A DNA stretch of 64,000 nt from an uncultured delta proteobacterium (GCA_963696385.1 CAVOKF010000006.1:96001-160000), one strand, 5' to 3'. Counted from the stretch's first letter, positions 37,968 through 50,835 are shown. Made by a program: numbers and translations. Notes: generated by a model not told the origin, from the letters alone.

Positions 37968-38990
37968 ATGCGCTCGCTGGTGTCCACGCTGTGTTCGCCG
38001 GCATGCGCCGGTCGGCGTCCGGCCACCCCCGAGGGGCAGGCGGCACGGGCTGCGGTGGTCGAGGCACTGCGCGGCGCTGGGCTCGATCCGTTCGAGCAAC
38101 CGGTGCCGGGATGCGGGGGTGCAAACGTTCTCGCGAAGATCGAAGGCGACGCCGAACGGTACATCGTGGTCGGCGCCCATTTCGATCACCTCGGACGAGC
38201 GCAAGAGGGCGTTTATTGGGGAGCCGACGACAACGCCGCCGCCGTTGCGGTGCTGGTCGAAGTCGCGGCTTCGAGCGTCCGGGATTGGGACGGTCGAGGC
38301 GTAATCCTTGCCGCGTTCGATGGAGAGGAGCCGCCGTTTTTCGGAACGGGAGCGATGGGCTCTCACGCATTCCTGGCGGATCCCCCCGTGCGCCGGGATG
38401 CGATCGATTTCATGGTGTGCATGGACCTCGTCGGTCATCGAATCGGTGGCGAAGGGATGCCCGACGAACTCGGGCTATCGCTCTTCGCGCTCGGTGCCGA
38501 GAAGAGCCACGGCACTCATGGGCTCGTTCAAGGCCTTGCCCGGACAGAATCGGGGGTCATCGTTCGTGGCGCGAACGCCAACGTCATCCCGCCCCTTTCG
38601 GACTACGAGCCCTTCTGGCGGGCGAAGATTCCGTTCTTGTTTTTGACGGCCGGTCGCTCGCGCATCTACCACACGCCCCAAGACACGCCCGAGAAGCTCG
38701 ATTGGCCGAAAATCGAAGCGACGGCTCGGTGGCTCAAGGGTTTCGTACGCGCGACGCGTATGCGCTCCGACGCCGTCTCGTTCGACGAAGGGGGATCCAA
38801 CGACGCCAGCACGCTCGACGCGGTCGCCGACATGGTTCGCGCGCTGTCGGCCGTCTCGTCGGAGGCTGCAAGCGCTCTCACCTATGTCACGGCGCTCCGG
38901 GCTCACTGCGATAGCTCGGGACGACTGCCCTCGTCACGCCAGGCCGAAGTGGCCACAATCGTCGCGATGATCGAATCGCGGCTGGCTTAG
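37968..38990 (+). CDS. M28-family metallopeptidase
   Basis: 'VVGAHFDHLG', 'GADDNAA', 'FDGEE', 'SDYEPF', 'YHTPQDT'. Confidence 0.9.
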   Translation: MRSLVSTLCSPACAGRRPATPEGQAARAAVVEALRGAGLDPFEQPVPGCGGANVLAKIEGDAERYIVVGAHFDHLGRAQEGVYWGADDNAAAVAVLVEVAASSVRDWDGRGVILAAFDGEEPPFFGTGAMGSHAFLADPPVRRDAIDFMVCMDLVGHRIGGEGMPDELGLSLFALGAEKSHGTHGLVQGLARTESGVIVRGANANVIPPLSDYEPFWRAKIPFLFLTAGRSRIYHTPQDTPEKLDWPKIEATARWLKGFVRATRMRSDAVSFDEGGSNDASTLDAVADMVRALSAVSSEAASALTYVTALRAHCDSSGRLPSSRQAEVATIVAMIESRLA

Positions 38991-39142
38991 CCTGAAGTTC
39001 TCCGAGTGAACCTTCAGCTTAATAAATCAGCCCAAACGGGCCTCTGAAACCGGTCGCTCGTTGACCGGGTATGGTCCATCATTGACCGGTTTCGCGACTC
39101 TCCAATCGAATGATTGCGGCTAGTTACCTATCCCTTATAGCT

Positions 39143-39158
39143 CGGCACGATGGTTGCT
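39143..39158 (+). promoter_or_regulatory. sigma54-type -24/-12 motif upstream of the xis-like gene
   Basis: CGGCACG-ATGG-TTGCT, just upstream of ATG 39170. Confidence 0.6.
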
Positions 39159-39169
39159 GTCTATGGGGC

Positions 39170-39679
39170 ATGACCGAACGCACGGCTCATGGACCTGCCC
39201 CTCGGAATCGCCGCCATCGCCTTCCGCCGTCGGAACCGATCAGGGCTAGCGTCGTCGCCCCTCGTGGTGAGGGCCGCAAGCGCGCTTCGCCCCGGCCGCC
39301 GTCACGGAGAGAGCCCGCGAGGTTGACCCTCGATCTCTCCGATGACGGGATGGCCAAACTCGCCGATGCCATCGTTTCGCGCCTGCGCGAAATGCTGGCG
39401 CCGGCGGCTCTGCCCGACGAACGCTACCTGACTCGAGCCGAGGCGACGCAGCTCGGAGTGGAGCGTCGCGCACTGATTCGGGCGGAGCGCGCGGGAAAGC
39501 TCCGAGCATTCAAACCGGGGCGAAGAGTCATGTACCGCCGGGGCGACGTTCTCGCCCTCGTGGAGCGTTGCGGCACCGACCCTGCCCCTCCGCGCGAATC
39601 GCCCCGCGGAATGGACCCGCTTGACCCTTTCGAGCGCGCACTGACGAGCGCTGAGCGCCGGTCGGGGACGGGGCCATGA
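39170..39679 (+). CDS. excisionase-like HTH protein
   Basis: 'RYLTRAEATQLGV...GKLRAFKPGRRVMYRRGDV' excisionase-type HTH pattern; upstream of integrase; start uncertain. Confidence 0.75.
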   Translation: MTERTAHGPAPRNRRHRLPPSEPIRASVVAPRGEGRKRASPRPPSRREPARLTLDLSDDGMAKLADAIVSRLREMLAPAALPDERYLTRAEATQLGVERRALIRAERAGKLRAFKPGRRVMYRRGDVLALVERCGTDPAPPRESPRGMDPLDPFERALTSAERRSGTGP

Positions 39680-39729
39680 ACGGCCGCAACGCGGACGAGC
39701 GATTGTTCCCACGAGCGCGAGCGCGCGCG

Positions 39730-39912
39730 TTTTCACGCAAGCAGCCACCCCGCATCGCGCACCTATGATCGCGAAGGGACACCGTGTTTTACGCAAACCA
39801 AGCTCCACGCATCGCCGTACCCCATGATTGCGAACGCGCCCGTGTTTTTCGCAACCACGCCAGTGCATCGCCGCATCCACGACCGCGAAGGCACCCCGGT
39901 TTTTCGAGACCC
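39730..39912. repeat. degenerate ~57-bp tandem repeat (3-4 units) between xis and int
   Basis: Recurring GCATCGC...GA..GCGAA...G(T/G)TTTT.CG(C)A at ~57-bp spacing. Confidence 0.65.
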
Positions 39913-40173
39913 AGGCGCCCGGCGAGGTAGCCGTTGCCGGAACCGCGTGGCGGTCGGCAACGATCCGTCGAGTCCGCCCGAGCAGTGGAGCCGAGACGGC
40001 CAACGACCGCGGGCCGACTCTGCACAATCCCTGCTCGGCGCGCTGCCGCGAAGGCGAGTTCGATGTAGAGTTTGTCCGCCGCTCCCGAGTGGCGGTTAGG
40101 GCGTAGCGGAAAAGGCGCTAGCGGACAGAAAAACACCCCTACCGGGAGCCGCCGATCGAAGGGAGGGACGAGC

Positions 40174-41787
<1,614 letters not shown>

Positions 41788-42199
41788 CGACCTTCAGCGG
41801 CGGCGAGCTTGCGCATGCGAGTCGCTAACGACACCGACGGGTCGGTCGTCCGGTCCGACCCAGGCAACGAGGCCTGAGCGTGTTTCTGGCGCAGCTGCGG
41901 CACCAGCAGATGGGTGGCAGCCAGTGCCGGATGCTCAAGCTATTCATTGCTGAAGTAGCCCGGGTTCGCCAACCTCGTGGTTATCAACGTGCCCACGTTG
42001 GCGACGAGCGCTTCCGCCATCGGCACGAGCTGACGCACGCATCGCGCGCTGCATCGCGTCGGTTGCAACGATGATCTGATCTGTCGCAGGCCACCGAAAA
42101 ATGTGGAAATGTGAGCGACGAGGCTTGGCGCGAGCAAGAGCCCGTCGAGTCTCCGAAGGCGGGTGGCCGCTGCGCACGCCGTAGGGCGGCCGCACGCAA

Positions 42200-43001
42200 G
42201 AAGGCGACGACGATAGGTGGAGTCGCCCCAGCAGCGCCGCGAGCTCGAACTAAAAGAGCGTTGCGAGGAAGAAAGGGTGTCCTGCAAGCTCGATCGCGCG
42301 TAGGTCGCCGTGTTTGTCGATGGCGGAAAAACCGACGTCCAGTCGCTCTAGTACCTCGATTCCGCGGAATGGAAGGGTCGTTTTCCGCGATATTCCCGAC
42401 GGGATCGGGTGGTCTCACCCCTCCGTTTCATGGAATCGGGGTACTAGCGCCTCGCGGTACTTCGGATTCACACCGAACGCGCAATGGTACCTCTCGCGAA
42501 TCGTCTCGCGCTCGTAGATCGAAGCCAAGCGCGAGCTGAGGAGGCGCTGGACCTCACGCTCGTCTTCGCGGAACGCGCACGTGAGACGATGGATGACGGG
42601 ATCCTCGGCGCCCGGGCTCGATTCTTCGTGATCGGCGGATGCCATGCCTGCGACGTTCCGCGCGATCTCGATCAAGGCATGCTGGAACCCGCCGCACGTG
42701 CCGACTGCGATCGCCTTGCCCGGAATACGCATGCCGACGAACGGGAGGCGCGTCGCGCGTAGCGAAACGCGACGAGGGCGCCCTGGCACACGGGCCGCCT
42801 TGGGACGCACCAGATCCCGTTGAAGCCGTTGAACTCATCTCCCGCACCCCCCCCCGCCGCAAGCGCTGCTGTCGGAGCCACACGTGCGCAACCTGGAGCG
42901 GGCGCGCGGGGTTCAGGCCCACCCACCCCAACGCTCACACGAGGACACGTGCGGTCGGAGTCGCCCGATCCGAGCGCGGCAGCCGTGGCAACCGGCGCCA
43001 C
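42200..43001 (-). pseudogene. CTP synthase C-terminal-like glutamine amidotransferase, disrupted
   Basis: 'GTCGGFQHALIE.ARN', 'YHCAFGVNP', and after the MITE 'RAIELAGHPFFLATLF*'; frameshift, MITE insertion and in-frame TAG. Confidence 0.82.
42348..42447. mobile_element. MITE-B (100 bp, CTAG-bounded, IS630-like ends)
   Basis: TIR CTAGTACCTCGATTCC / GGAATCGGGGTACTAG; identical copies at 52624-52723 and 53903-54002; removal restores the host reading frame. Confidence 0.92.
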
Positions 43002-43031
43002 GAAGGTGTATTCGTGCGCATCGTATCGATC

Positions 43032-43709
43032 GTGAGCCGCCCTTCACCAATCGCACCGGCCGTTCCTTCCGCCGAACAGTCAGTCCATCCTGCGGGGCCG
43101 ATTCGGCTGCGAGAACGTATGCGACGGCAGATCGCCGCCGCGATTGCGGCGGCCGCCGAAGAAGTTTTCGCCGAAGAAGGCTTGCGTGACGCGCATGTCG
43201 GTACCATCGCCGCACGTGCCGGGGTCGCGGTCGGTACGCTTTACAACCATTACGACGACCGCGACTCTCTATTGGCCGCGCTCCTTCGAGACCGGTGCGA
43301 TGGCCTCACCCGGGTGCTCGACATGGCACTCGCGGCGGTCGAAGGCGCGCCGGTTCGGGACGAACTTGTCGCCTTCATCACGGCGTACTTCACGTTCTTG
43401 TCATCTCACCGACCCTTTTTCAAGATGCTGCTCGAAGGCGAGCTCAGCCATCTGCAGTCGAGCTATCCCCGCGCCGCGACGCTGCCCTCGGACTGCTACC
43501 GGCTCATCTTTCAGCGGATTGAAGGGATTATCTCTCGGGGTGTAGCAAGGGGCGCGCTCTGCGCCGAGCGGAGCCATCTCTACCCCTGGCTCGTCGCCGG
43601 CATGATGCGGAGCCTCGCCGTTCGCGAAGTTCTCAAGCTCCAGCCACTCGACGTCGGGGATGCGGAAGCCCTGGTCAACGTCTTTCTGCAAGGCGCAGAG
43701 CTCGCATGA
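43032..43709 (+). CDS. TetR-family regulator
   Basis: 'AAEEVFAEEG...IAARAGVAVGTLYNHY'; start uncertain. Confidence 0.9.
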   Translation: MSRPSPIAPAVPSAEQSVHPAGPIRLRERMRRQIAAAIAAAAEEVFAEEGLRDAHVGTIAARAGVAVGTLYNHYDDRDSLLAALLRDRCDGLTRVLDMALAAVEGAPVRDELVAFITAYFTFLSSHRPFFKMLLEGELSHLQSSYPRAATLPSDCYRLIFQRIEGIISRGVARGALCAERSHLYPWLVAGMMRSLAVREVLKLQPLDVGDAEALVNVFLQGAELA

Positions 43710-45349
43710 CCACCGCCACCCTGGACACCGCCTTCTCCCGAGGGCCCGCTCGCGCCCCTGCACGGCCGGTCAACAAGTGGGTCGTGACCATCTCCGTGAC
43801 GTTCGGCACGCTCATGGGGGCGATCGATTCGTCGATCGTCAACGTCGCCATTCCCCACCTGCGCGGCGCCGTCGGCGCCACCGTCGAGGAGATCACCTGG
43901 GTCACCACCGGATTTGCGCTGGCCACCGTCCTCGTCATGCCGCTCACGGCGCTTCTGGGAAGACTGTTCGGTCAAAAGCGCGTCTACCTCGCCTGCCTCA
44001 TTCTGTTCGTCATCGGTTCGGGCCTCTGCGGAATGGCGCGCAGCCTTCCCACGCTCGTCGCCTTTCGCGCCATGCAGGGATTCGGCGCGGGCGCCCTCCA
44101 GCCCACCGAGCAGGCCATTCTGCGTCAGACCTTCCCGCCGAAAGAGCAAGGGATGGCGATGGCGCTCTTTGGGTTGGCGGTCATGATCGGCCCCGCCATC
44201 GGTCCAACGATCGGCGGCTACATCGTCGACCACTACAGCTGGCCGTGGATTTTCTACATCAACCTGCCTGTCGGTGTCCTCGCCGTCTTCATGGTCACGA
44301 ACTTCGTACACGAGCCGGAGGATATCAAGGAGGCCAACCGACTCGCGGCGGAGAATCAGCGCAAGAACATGGACTGGGCCGGCATCGGACTGCTCAGCGT
44401 GGGCCTGGTGTCGCTTCAATACGCCCTCGAAGAGGGCAACCAGGACGACTGGTTCGCATCGCCGCTCATCAGCGGGTGTTTCGTCGTCGCCGCCATTGCG
44501 ATCGCCTTTTTCATCGTGCGCGAGCTAACGGCGCCCGTACCGGCCGTCGATATTTCCCTTTTCCGGGATCCGGTATTTCTTTCGGGCACCCTCATCGGCG
44601 GCATCATGTTTGCGATGCTGATGGCCCTGACGTTTCTCTTGCCCGTGTTCATGCAGGAAGTGCTGGGCTTCACGGCCATGCAGTCGGGCCTCGCCCTGAT
44701 GCCGCGCACGATCGTCATGATGATCGCCACCCCGTTCGTGGGGCGCCTGTACAACAGGGTTCCCCCCCGTGTGTTCGTGGGTTTGGGCGTCGTGCTGTTT
44801 TGCATCAGCGCCTTCCAGATGAGTCACTACACGCTCGACACTTCGGCGAGCGGCGTCGTTTCGACGCTCTTCTTCCAGGGGCTGGCCTTCAGCTTTCTCT
44901 GGGTACCCCTCACGACCGTGGCGCTGTCCACCATATCGCGCCACAAGCTGGCCGACGCCACGGGATCCAATTCACTCGTGCGCCAGATCTCCGGTTCGGT
45001 CGGGCTCGCCATCTTTGCGACCATCCTTTCGCGCCAAGAGACTACGGCTCGGGCCGGACTGGCGGCGCATCTTTACGCCGGGCGACCGGAGGTCATCGCG
45101 CGACTTGCCATGGACCAGCAGCTGCTCGCGGGCCGCGGCGGGCTGGACGCCACCACCGCCGGCCGGGCCTCACTCGGCATGATGGAGTTGCTGGTCGACC
45201 GGCAGGCAACGGTTCTGGCCTTCGAAAAGATGTTCCTATTGTCCGGAATCCTCTTCGCACTGGTCTTGCCCCTGCTCTTTTTTCTCAAGGCGCCGAAGGC
45301 GATGAAGGCCGACAAAGCCGCGCCGGCCGACGTGCACGTGGAGATATGA
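43706..45349 (+). CDS. DHA2/EmrB-type MFS efflux permease
   Basis: 'IDSSIVNVAIP', 'FRAMQGFG', 'WPWIFYINLPVG'. Confidence 0.92.
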   Translation: MTTATLDTAFSRGPARAPARPVNKWVVTISVTFGTLMGAIDSSIVNVAIPHLRGAVGATVEEITWVTTGFALATVLVMPLTALLGRLFGQKRVYLACLILFVIGSGLCGMARSLPTLVAFRAMQGFGAGALQPTEQAILRQTFPPKEQGMAMALFGLAVMIGPAIGPTIGGYIVDHYSWPWIFYINLPVGVLAVFMVTNFVHEPEDIKEANRLAAENQRKNMDWAGIGLLSVGLVSLQYALEEGNQDDWFASPLISGCFVVAAIAIAFFIVRELTAPVPAVDISLFRDPVFLSGTLIGGIMFAMLMALTFLLPVFMQEVLGFTAMQSGLALMPRTIVMMIATPFVGRLYNRVPPRVFVGLGVVLFCISAFQMSHYTLDTSASGVVSTLFFQGLAFSFLWVPLTTVALSTISRHKLADATGSNSLVRQISGSVGLAIFATILSRQETTARAGLAAHLYAGRPEVIARLAMDQQLLAGRGGLDATTAGRASLGMMELLVDRQATVLAFEKMFLLSGILFALVLPLLFFLKAPKAMKADKAAPADVHVEI

Positions 45350-46656
45350 CGATGGAAGCCGATGTCCGGAAGTCCCCGCTCGAAGGAAATTCCCCCGCGT
45401 CCGGCAGCCCCCGAGGGGCGGTGAATGTCTCCGACACCAACGGCCGCAACGCCGCCGCAGCCTTGTCCGAAACCGCGTCCCCACGCTGGACGGGGCGCGC
45501 CCGGCGCGGCTATACGGTCGTCGCCTTGGCCACGGTGGCCCTTCTCGGCGGGATCGGCGGCTACTACCTGCTCACCGTCAACCAGGAAAGCACCGACGAC
45601 GCCCAGGTCGGGGCCGACATCGTCCCAGTGGGAACGCGGGTCGCAGGGCTCATCGTGAGAGTGAACATCACCGAAAACCAATTGGTCAAGAAGGGCATGG
45701 TCTTGGCCGAAATCGACGATGCGGACTACTCCGCGCGCGATAAGGAGGCCGCGGCGGAGCTGAAGACCGCGCAGGCGCAAGCGGCCGCTGCCGATGCGCA
45801 GGTGCAAGTCGTGGAGGCCACTTCCAAGGGCGGTCTCACCAGCGCGCGCGCCGTCGTGAGCGGGTCCTCGGTTGGGGTGACGAGCGCACAGGCACAGAGG
45901 GAGGCCGCGCGCGCGGCGCTGACGCGCGCCGAGGTGGACGCGAAAAAAGCGGAGCTCGAACTGAACCGCGCCAAGGAGCTGCGTGCGGCAAACGCCATTC
46001 CTTCACAAAATCTGGACAACGCCCAGGCGGTCTTCGATGTGGCGACGGCTGCCGTCGCGCAGGCCCGCGCAGAAGTCACGCTCGCGGACCAAACCAGGAA
46101 CGCGGCGCTCGCTCAAGTCTCGGAAGCACAGGGCCGCCTCAGCCAAAGCGCACCGGTCGACGCCCAGATTGCGACCGCCCACGCGCAGGCCGATCTCGCC
46201 CATGCCCACGTCGAGAGTGCCAAGGCCGCGCTCGACCTAGCGGATCTGCAGTTTTCGTACACCAAGATCGTCGCGCCCGCCGATGGCATTGCCTCGCGGC
46301 TCACGGTTCATCCGGGGCAACTCGTCACCGTCGGTCAGCCTGTCATCGAGCTCGTGCCGACCGCAACCTACGTCGTGGCCAACTTCAAAGAAACGCAGCT
46401 CGGAAGGATGCACGCCGGACAGAAGGCCGAAATCAGCGTCGATACCTATCCGGGCCGCACATTCGAGGGCAGGATCGAGAGTATCTCGGGCGGAACGGGG
46501 TCGAGCTTCTCGCTTTTGCCGGCCGACAATGCGACGGGCAATTTCGTGAAGGTCGTGCAGCGAGTGCCCGTGCGCATCGCCTGGGTGAACCTTCCCGAGT
46601 CGGCACCGATGCGGGCGGGGCTCTCGGCGGACGTGACCGTGCGGGTCGGCCAGTAA
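45346..46656 (+). CDS. EmrA/HlyD-family membrane fusion protein
   Basis: 'STDDAQV', 'VANFKETQL', 'FSLLPADNATGNFVKVVQRVPVRI'. Confidence 0.92.
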   Translation: MTMEADVRKSPLEGNSPASGSPRGAVNVSDTNGRNAAAALSETASPRWTGRARRGYTVVALATVALLGGIGGYYLLTVNQESTDDAQVGADIVPVGTRVAGLIVRVNITENQLVKKGMVLAEIDDADYSARDKEAAAELKTAQAQAAAADAQVQVVEATSKGGLTSARAVVSGSSVGVTSAQAQREAARAALTRAEVDAKKAELELNRAKELRAANAIPSQNLDNAQAVFDVATAAVAQARAEVTLADQTRNAALAQVSEAQGRLSQSAPVDAQIATAHAQADLAHAHVESAKAALDLADLQFSYTKIVAPADGIASRLTVHPGQLVTVGQPVIELVPTATYVVANFKETQLGRMHAGQKAEISVDTYPGRTFEGRIESISGGTGSSFSLLPADNATGNFVKVVQRVPVRIAWVNLPESAPMRAGLSADVTVRVGQ

Positions 46657-47957
46657 TGCGCGCACTAGGCCTTTGCGCAACGATCGTCGTGGCCGTGCTC
46701 GAACCGCGGGTCGCGCAAGCGGAACCCTCGGTTCGCACCATCACGGTGGAGGAGGCCGTCGATCTGGCGATGGCCTCCAACCCGCGGCTGCTCGCCAGAC
46801 AAGCGAGCGTGCGGGGCGCCCGGGAGCTGGAGGATTCGGCCACCGCCCGAATGCTTCCTTCGGTACACGTCTTCGACGAATTCCAGTATTACAATAGCGA
46901 CTTCGAGATCCCGTTCGGTGGCGAGAAATTCAGCGTGAGACGGCAAGGCATCAACACGCTGGCCGTCTCGGCGGATCAACCCATCATGGGGCTCTTCCAT
47001 CTGTCGCACGAACAGGCCGCGCAGGCGCGTGCCGCCGACGCGACCGAGGCCGAGCTCGCGACGGCACGAGCCGACGTGAAGGAGGTGGTCGAGGTGGGCT
47101 ACCTTCACCTGTTCGAGGCCAAAGCGCTCGAGGACATCGCCCAATCTTCCGAGGAGCAGCTCGCCGAGCAGGTGCAGGTCACCCTCGCGCGGGTGAACGC
47201 GGGAGTCTTGACGAACGCGGACCTGCTGCGCGTTCAGGTGGCCGTCGCCAACGCAAAGCAGCAAGAGATTCTCGCACACACGCAAGGACTGGTGGCGCAG
47301 GCCGGCCTCTTGGCGACTCTCGGGCTGCCGATGGACGGTCAAGGGTTCGAATTCGTGGAGCCCAAGTCGCTGCTCGCCCGGGCGAGCGCGGCGCTGCCCG
47401 CGCTGAGCGACGCGCAACGCGACGCCATGCGCTCGAGGCCGGAACTCAAACGGCTCCGATTGCAGGTCGAGTCGCTCGACCACACCCGCCACGCCCGGAT
47501 GCTGTCACTGCTCCCCGACGTCGATGCCGAGGCGGCCTACAATCACCTGGACGGCCAGATCCTCGCTCCCACCAACGCGGTGTTCGTCGGTTTGAAGGTC
47601 AACTGGAATGTCTGGGAGTGGGGTGCCTTATGGCACGCGCAGAAGGCCGCCGAGGAGCAGACGACCGTCCTCGAGCACGACCTCGAAGATCAGGGGCGCC
47701 AGATCGGTCTCCAAGTGGCGACGGACCTCGCGGAGGCGCGCGCCGCGACGAGCGCCGTCGACGTGGCGCGCGAAACCATCGCGAGCGCCGAAGAGGCCTA
47801 CCGGGTGACCGCAGCCTTGCTCAAGGCGGGGAGCGCGACGACGACCGACCTACTCGACGCCCAAGCGGCACTTACCCAAGCACGCCTGAACCTCATCCGC
47901 GCACAGTACGAACAAGCCATCGGGCAAGTCGCGATTGCCCGGAGCTTGGGGCAATGA
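46656..47957 (+). CDS. TolC-family outer-membrane efflux protein
   Basis: Signal peptide, 'EEAVDLAMASNP', 'GSATTTDLLDAQ'; operon context. Confidence 0.88.
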   Translation: MRALGLCATIVVAVLEPRVAQAEPSVRTITVEEAVDLAMASNPRLLARQASVRGARELEDSATARMLPSVHVFDEFQYYNSDFEIPFGGEKFSVRRQGINTLAVSADQPIMGLFHLSHEQAAQARAADATEAELATARADVKEVVEVGYLHLFEAKALEDIAQSSEEQLAEQVQVTLARVNAGVLTNADLLRVQVAVANAKQQEILAHTQGLVAQAGLLATLGLPMDGQGFEFVEPKSLLARASAALPALSDAQRDAMRSRPELKRLRLQVESLDHTRHARMLSLLPDVDAEAAYNHLDGQILAPTNAVFVGLKVNWNVWEWGALWHAQKAAEEQTTVLEHDLEDQGRQIGLQVATDLAEARAATSAVDVARETIASAEEAYRVTAALLKAGSATTTDLLDAQAALTQARLNLIRAQYEQAIGQVAIARSLGQ

Positions 47958-48177
47958 TTCCCTCGACGGCGCGCACGGCGGTCGACGACCACCACCAGGG
48001 ACTCGAGATCTTGCCGGTTCTCAACAAGATCGATCTTCCGGGAAGTGTCGCGCAGCCTAGCCGCGTGCGAGGGGGTGGGTGGGATCCGAGCGCATTCGCG
48101 GCCCGCGGCCCTGAACGATCGGCACGCGAATCTCGCAGCTCCCTGTCGTGGGTCCTTGGGTGGGTCCGGCCCTCTAC

Positions 48178-48646
48178 TCAGTACTTTCGCCATGAGCGCG
48201 CTGCCCACCCGCAGATAGCCCGACTCGTCGAGGTCGCCGATCACGGCGGGGATCGTATTGCCGAGCATTTTCTTCCAGCCCGGCCCCATCATCGCCTTCG
48301 CGAGGATGGATCCGCCGATGCCGGTAAAGCCGGTGTGCTCGAACGTGAGCCGCGTCCCGGATGCGTGCGGCTCAAGCCGGTAGGTCACGAGCGTCGGCTT
48401 TCCGTTGTCGTCGCCCACCCACGACATGCGGAGTACCGATGGCTCGCGTGCCTCGAGAACTTCGCACTCGACGAACCCGCGCCATCCCCGCTCCGGCTTG
48501 GCCACATATCTGAAGTGGTTGCCTGCGACGGGCTCGAACCCCTCGGGGCGCATCCCCCAGAGCGCCATCAGCGCGGGAACGGTCAGCACGCGCCAGACCT
48601 TCGATGGCGGGTGCGCGTAGTCGCGCAGGATGCGAATGTCGCTCAT
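48178..48646 (-). CDS. SRPBCC/AHSA1-domain protein with +1 frameshift just before its stop
   Basis: 'YAHPPSKVWRVLT', 'GTRLTFEHTGF'; the paralogous fragment at 7723-7791 shows the expected AKY* end. Confidence 0.75.
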
Positions 48647-48858
48647 CGACGGTCCTCGAGCGTGGCTCCGGCGGCGACGGTGTTCATGGTCGGCGTCTCC
48701 TCTTCGGACGGGGAGTCCCGTCGAGGCCTGGGTTCGTCGATCGCCTTACGCTCTTTCGCTTCGTTCGGCTGGTCGGCCGTCCGATATGTCAAGAGCCGGC
48801 ACCGGATGCCATCGCGTTCGATCTGGACGTGGGGTGTGCCGGGGCTACGCTGCCCGTC

Positions 48859-50805
48859 GTGCCGGAAACCGCTGCGACTTCTCCCAGGCCGTCTCCCCGA
48901 AAACCTTCCGGCGACGCTGCGAAGCCTCCGTACGCGTCGCTCTTGCGATGGGTCCTTCTGGCGCTGTTTCTCGCGGGGGGCTGGGCCTATCAAATCCACG
49001 ACGCAAAGGAAGAAGCCGTACCCGAGATCCGATACAGCGACGTCTACGCGCTGCTCGACTCCAGCAAAGTCGATTCGGTCACCCTGAGAGGCCTTCAGAT
49101 CCGCGGGAAGCTGAAGGACGCCGAGAAGGTCGATGGCCAATCGGTCACCACGTTTCGCTCGCTTCTGCCCGCGGTGGAGGACCGGGCCTTCCTGCCGTTG
49201 CTTCGCGAAAAGGGAGTTGCCGTCACGGTGAGGAGCGAAGAGCAGACCCCGCTGGTCCGCATTCTTACGGCCGTTCTCCCTTGGGTCCTCATCCTCGGGG
49301 CGTGGGTCTGGATGTCGCGTCAGGCCGCGGGCGCCATGGCGGGTGGACCGATCGGGCGGATGCTCACGGGCCGGTCCACCCGCGTGGATCCCGCCGCGCG
49401 GGTGCAGGTGAAGTTCGACGACGTGGCGGGCCTGAAGAGCGCGAAGCGCGACCTCAGTGAGATCGTCGACTTCCTGAAGGCTCCCGCTGACTTTCGCCGG
49501 TTGGGTGGAAAGGTGCCGCACGGCGTCCTGCTCGTAGGACCGCCGGGAACGGGCAAGACGCTGCTCGCGCGAGCGGTCGCCGGAGAGGCGGGCGTTCCGT
49601 TTTTCTCGGTGACCGGCTCCGAATTCATCGAGCTTTTCGTGGGTATGGGCGCCAAACGTGTCCGTGACCTCTTCGAGCAGGCCAAGCAGGTGTCGCCCGC
49701 AATCGTCTTCATCGACGAGATTGATGCCGTGGGTCGATCGCGAGGCGCTGGATTGGGCGGAGGCAACGACGAGCGCGAGCAGACTCTGAACCAGCTCCTG
49801 TCCGAGATGGATGGCTTCTCCCGCAACGAACTGACGATCGTCCTTGCGGCCACCAACCGGCCAGATGTCCTCGATCCGGCTCTGTTGCGACCGGGCCGTT
49901 TTGACCGACGCGTGATCGTCGACCGACCGGAGCTGGCCGCTCGCACGTCGATCCTCGCCGTGCACACGCGGGACAAGCCCCTCGCCCCTGACGTGGACCT
50001 CGGGGTCGTTGCAGCGATGACTGCGGGATTCTCCGGCGCGGATCTTGCCAACCTGGCCAACGAGGCCGCGTTGGGGGCGACACGGCGCAAGGCCGACGCG
50101 ATCCAGGCCAGCGATTTTGCCGCCGCCTACGACAAGATCGTGCTCGGCGATCCTCGCGAGGCCAAGCTCGACAAAGTCGAGCGCGAGCGTGTGGCCATCC
50201 ACGAGTCGGGCCACGCCGTGGCCGCCTTCTTCGAGCGGCTGGCAGAGCCGCCGGCCCGCGTAAGCATCATCCCGCGCGGAATGGCGCTCGGGGCCACGCA
50301 GCAGACCCCTGGAGTGGATCGGCACCTGTTGTCGCAGCCCGAACTCGAAGCGAGACTTCGGGTTCTCATGGGTGGATACGCGGCGGAATCGCTCGTGCTC
50401 GGCTCCGTCTCCTCCGGAGCCGCCGACGACCTGCGCAAGGCGACGGAGATTGCGTTCGAGATGGTCGGTCACTACGGCATGAGCGAACTGCTGGGGCCGG
50501 TCTTCTACGAGCACCGGACCTCGCAGCCGTTTCTGGGGCAGCAGATTGCCCTCGAGGGAACAACGAGCGACGCGACTGTGCACACCATCGAGCAGGAGAC
50601 CGGTAGCCTGCTGAACGAGGCTCTGCGTACGACACGCAACGTCCTATCGACGCACCGGTCCGCCCTCGATGCGCTCATCGCCGCGCTTCTTGCGCACGAG
50701 ACACTCGAAAAGGACGAGTTGACCCGGTGCTTGAGTGCGGCGTCTTTGCCGGAGGCCGGTGCGCCCTCCGGATTGTCGGGGGCAGGCCCGACGCAACTCG
50801 CATAG
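48859..50805 (+). CDS. ftsH: ATP-dependent zinc metalloprotease FtsH (paralogue)
   Basis: Two TM segments, GPPGTGKT, '[10 protein letters not shown]', '[20 protein letters not shown]', HESGH; start uncertain. Confidence 0.93.
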   Translation: MPETAATSPRPSPRKPSGDAAKPPYASLLRWVLLALFLAGGWAYQIHDAKEEAVPEIRYSDVYALLDSSKVDSVTLRGLQIRGKLKDAEKVDGQSVTTFRSLLPAVEDRAFLPLLREKGVAVTVRSEEQTPLVRILTAVLPWVLILGAWVWMSRQAAGAMAGGPIGRMLTGRSTRVDPAARVQVKFDDVAGLKSAKRDLSEIVDFLKAPADFRRLGGKVPHGVLLVGPPGTGKTLLARAVAGEAGVPFFSVTGSEFIELFVGMGAKRVRDLFEQAKQVSPAIVFIDEIDAVGRSRGAGLGGGNDEREQTLNQLLSEMDGFSRNELTIVLAATNRPDVLDPALLRPGRFDRRVIVDRPELAARTSILAVHTRDKPLAPDVDLGVVAAMTAGFSGADLANLANEAALGATRRKADAIQASDFAAAYDKIVLGDPREAKLDKVERERVAIHESGHAVAAFFERLAEPPARVSIIPRGMALGATQQTPGVDRHLLSQPELEARLRVLMGGYAAESLVLGSVSSGAADDLRKATEIAFEMVGHYGMSELLGPVFYEHRTSQPFLGQQIALEGTTSDATVHTIEQETGSLLNEALRTTRNVLSTHRSALDALIAALLAHETLEKDELTRCLSAASLPEAGAPSGLSGAGPTQLA

Positions 50806-50835
50806 CCTCCAGGCGTGCCTTGCCGCGCTCGGTCC

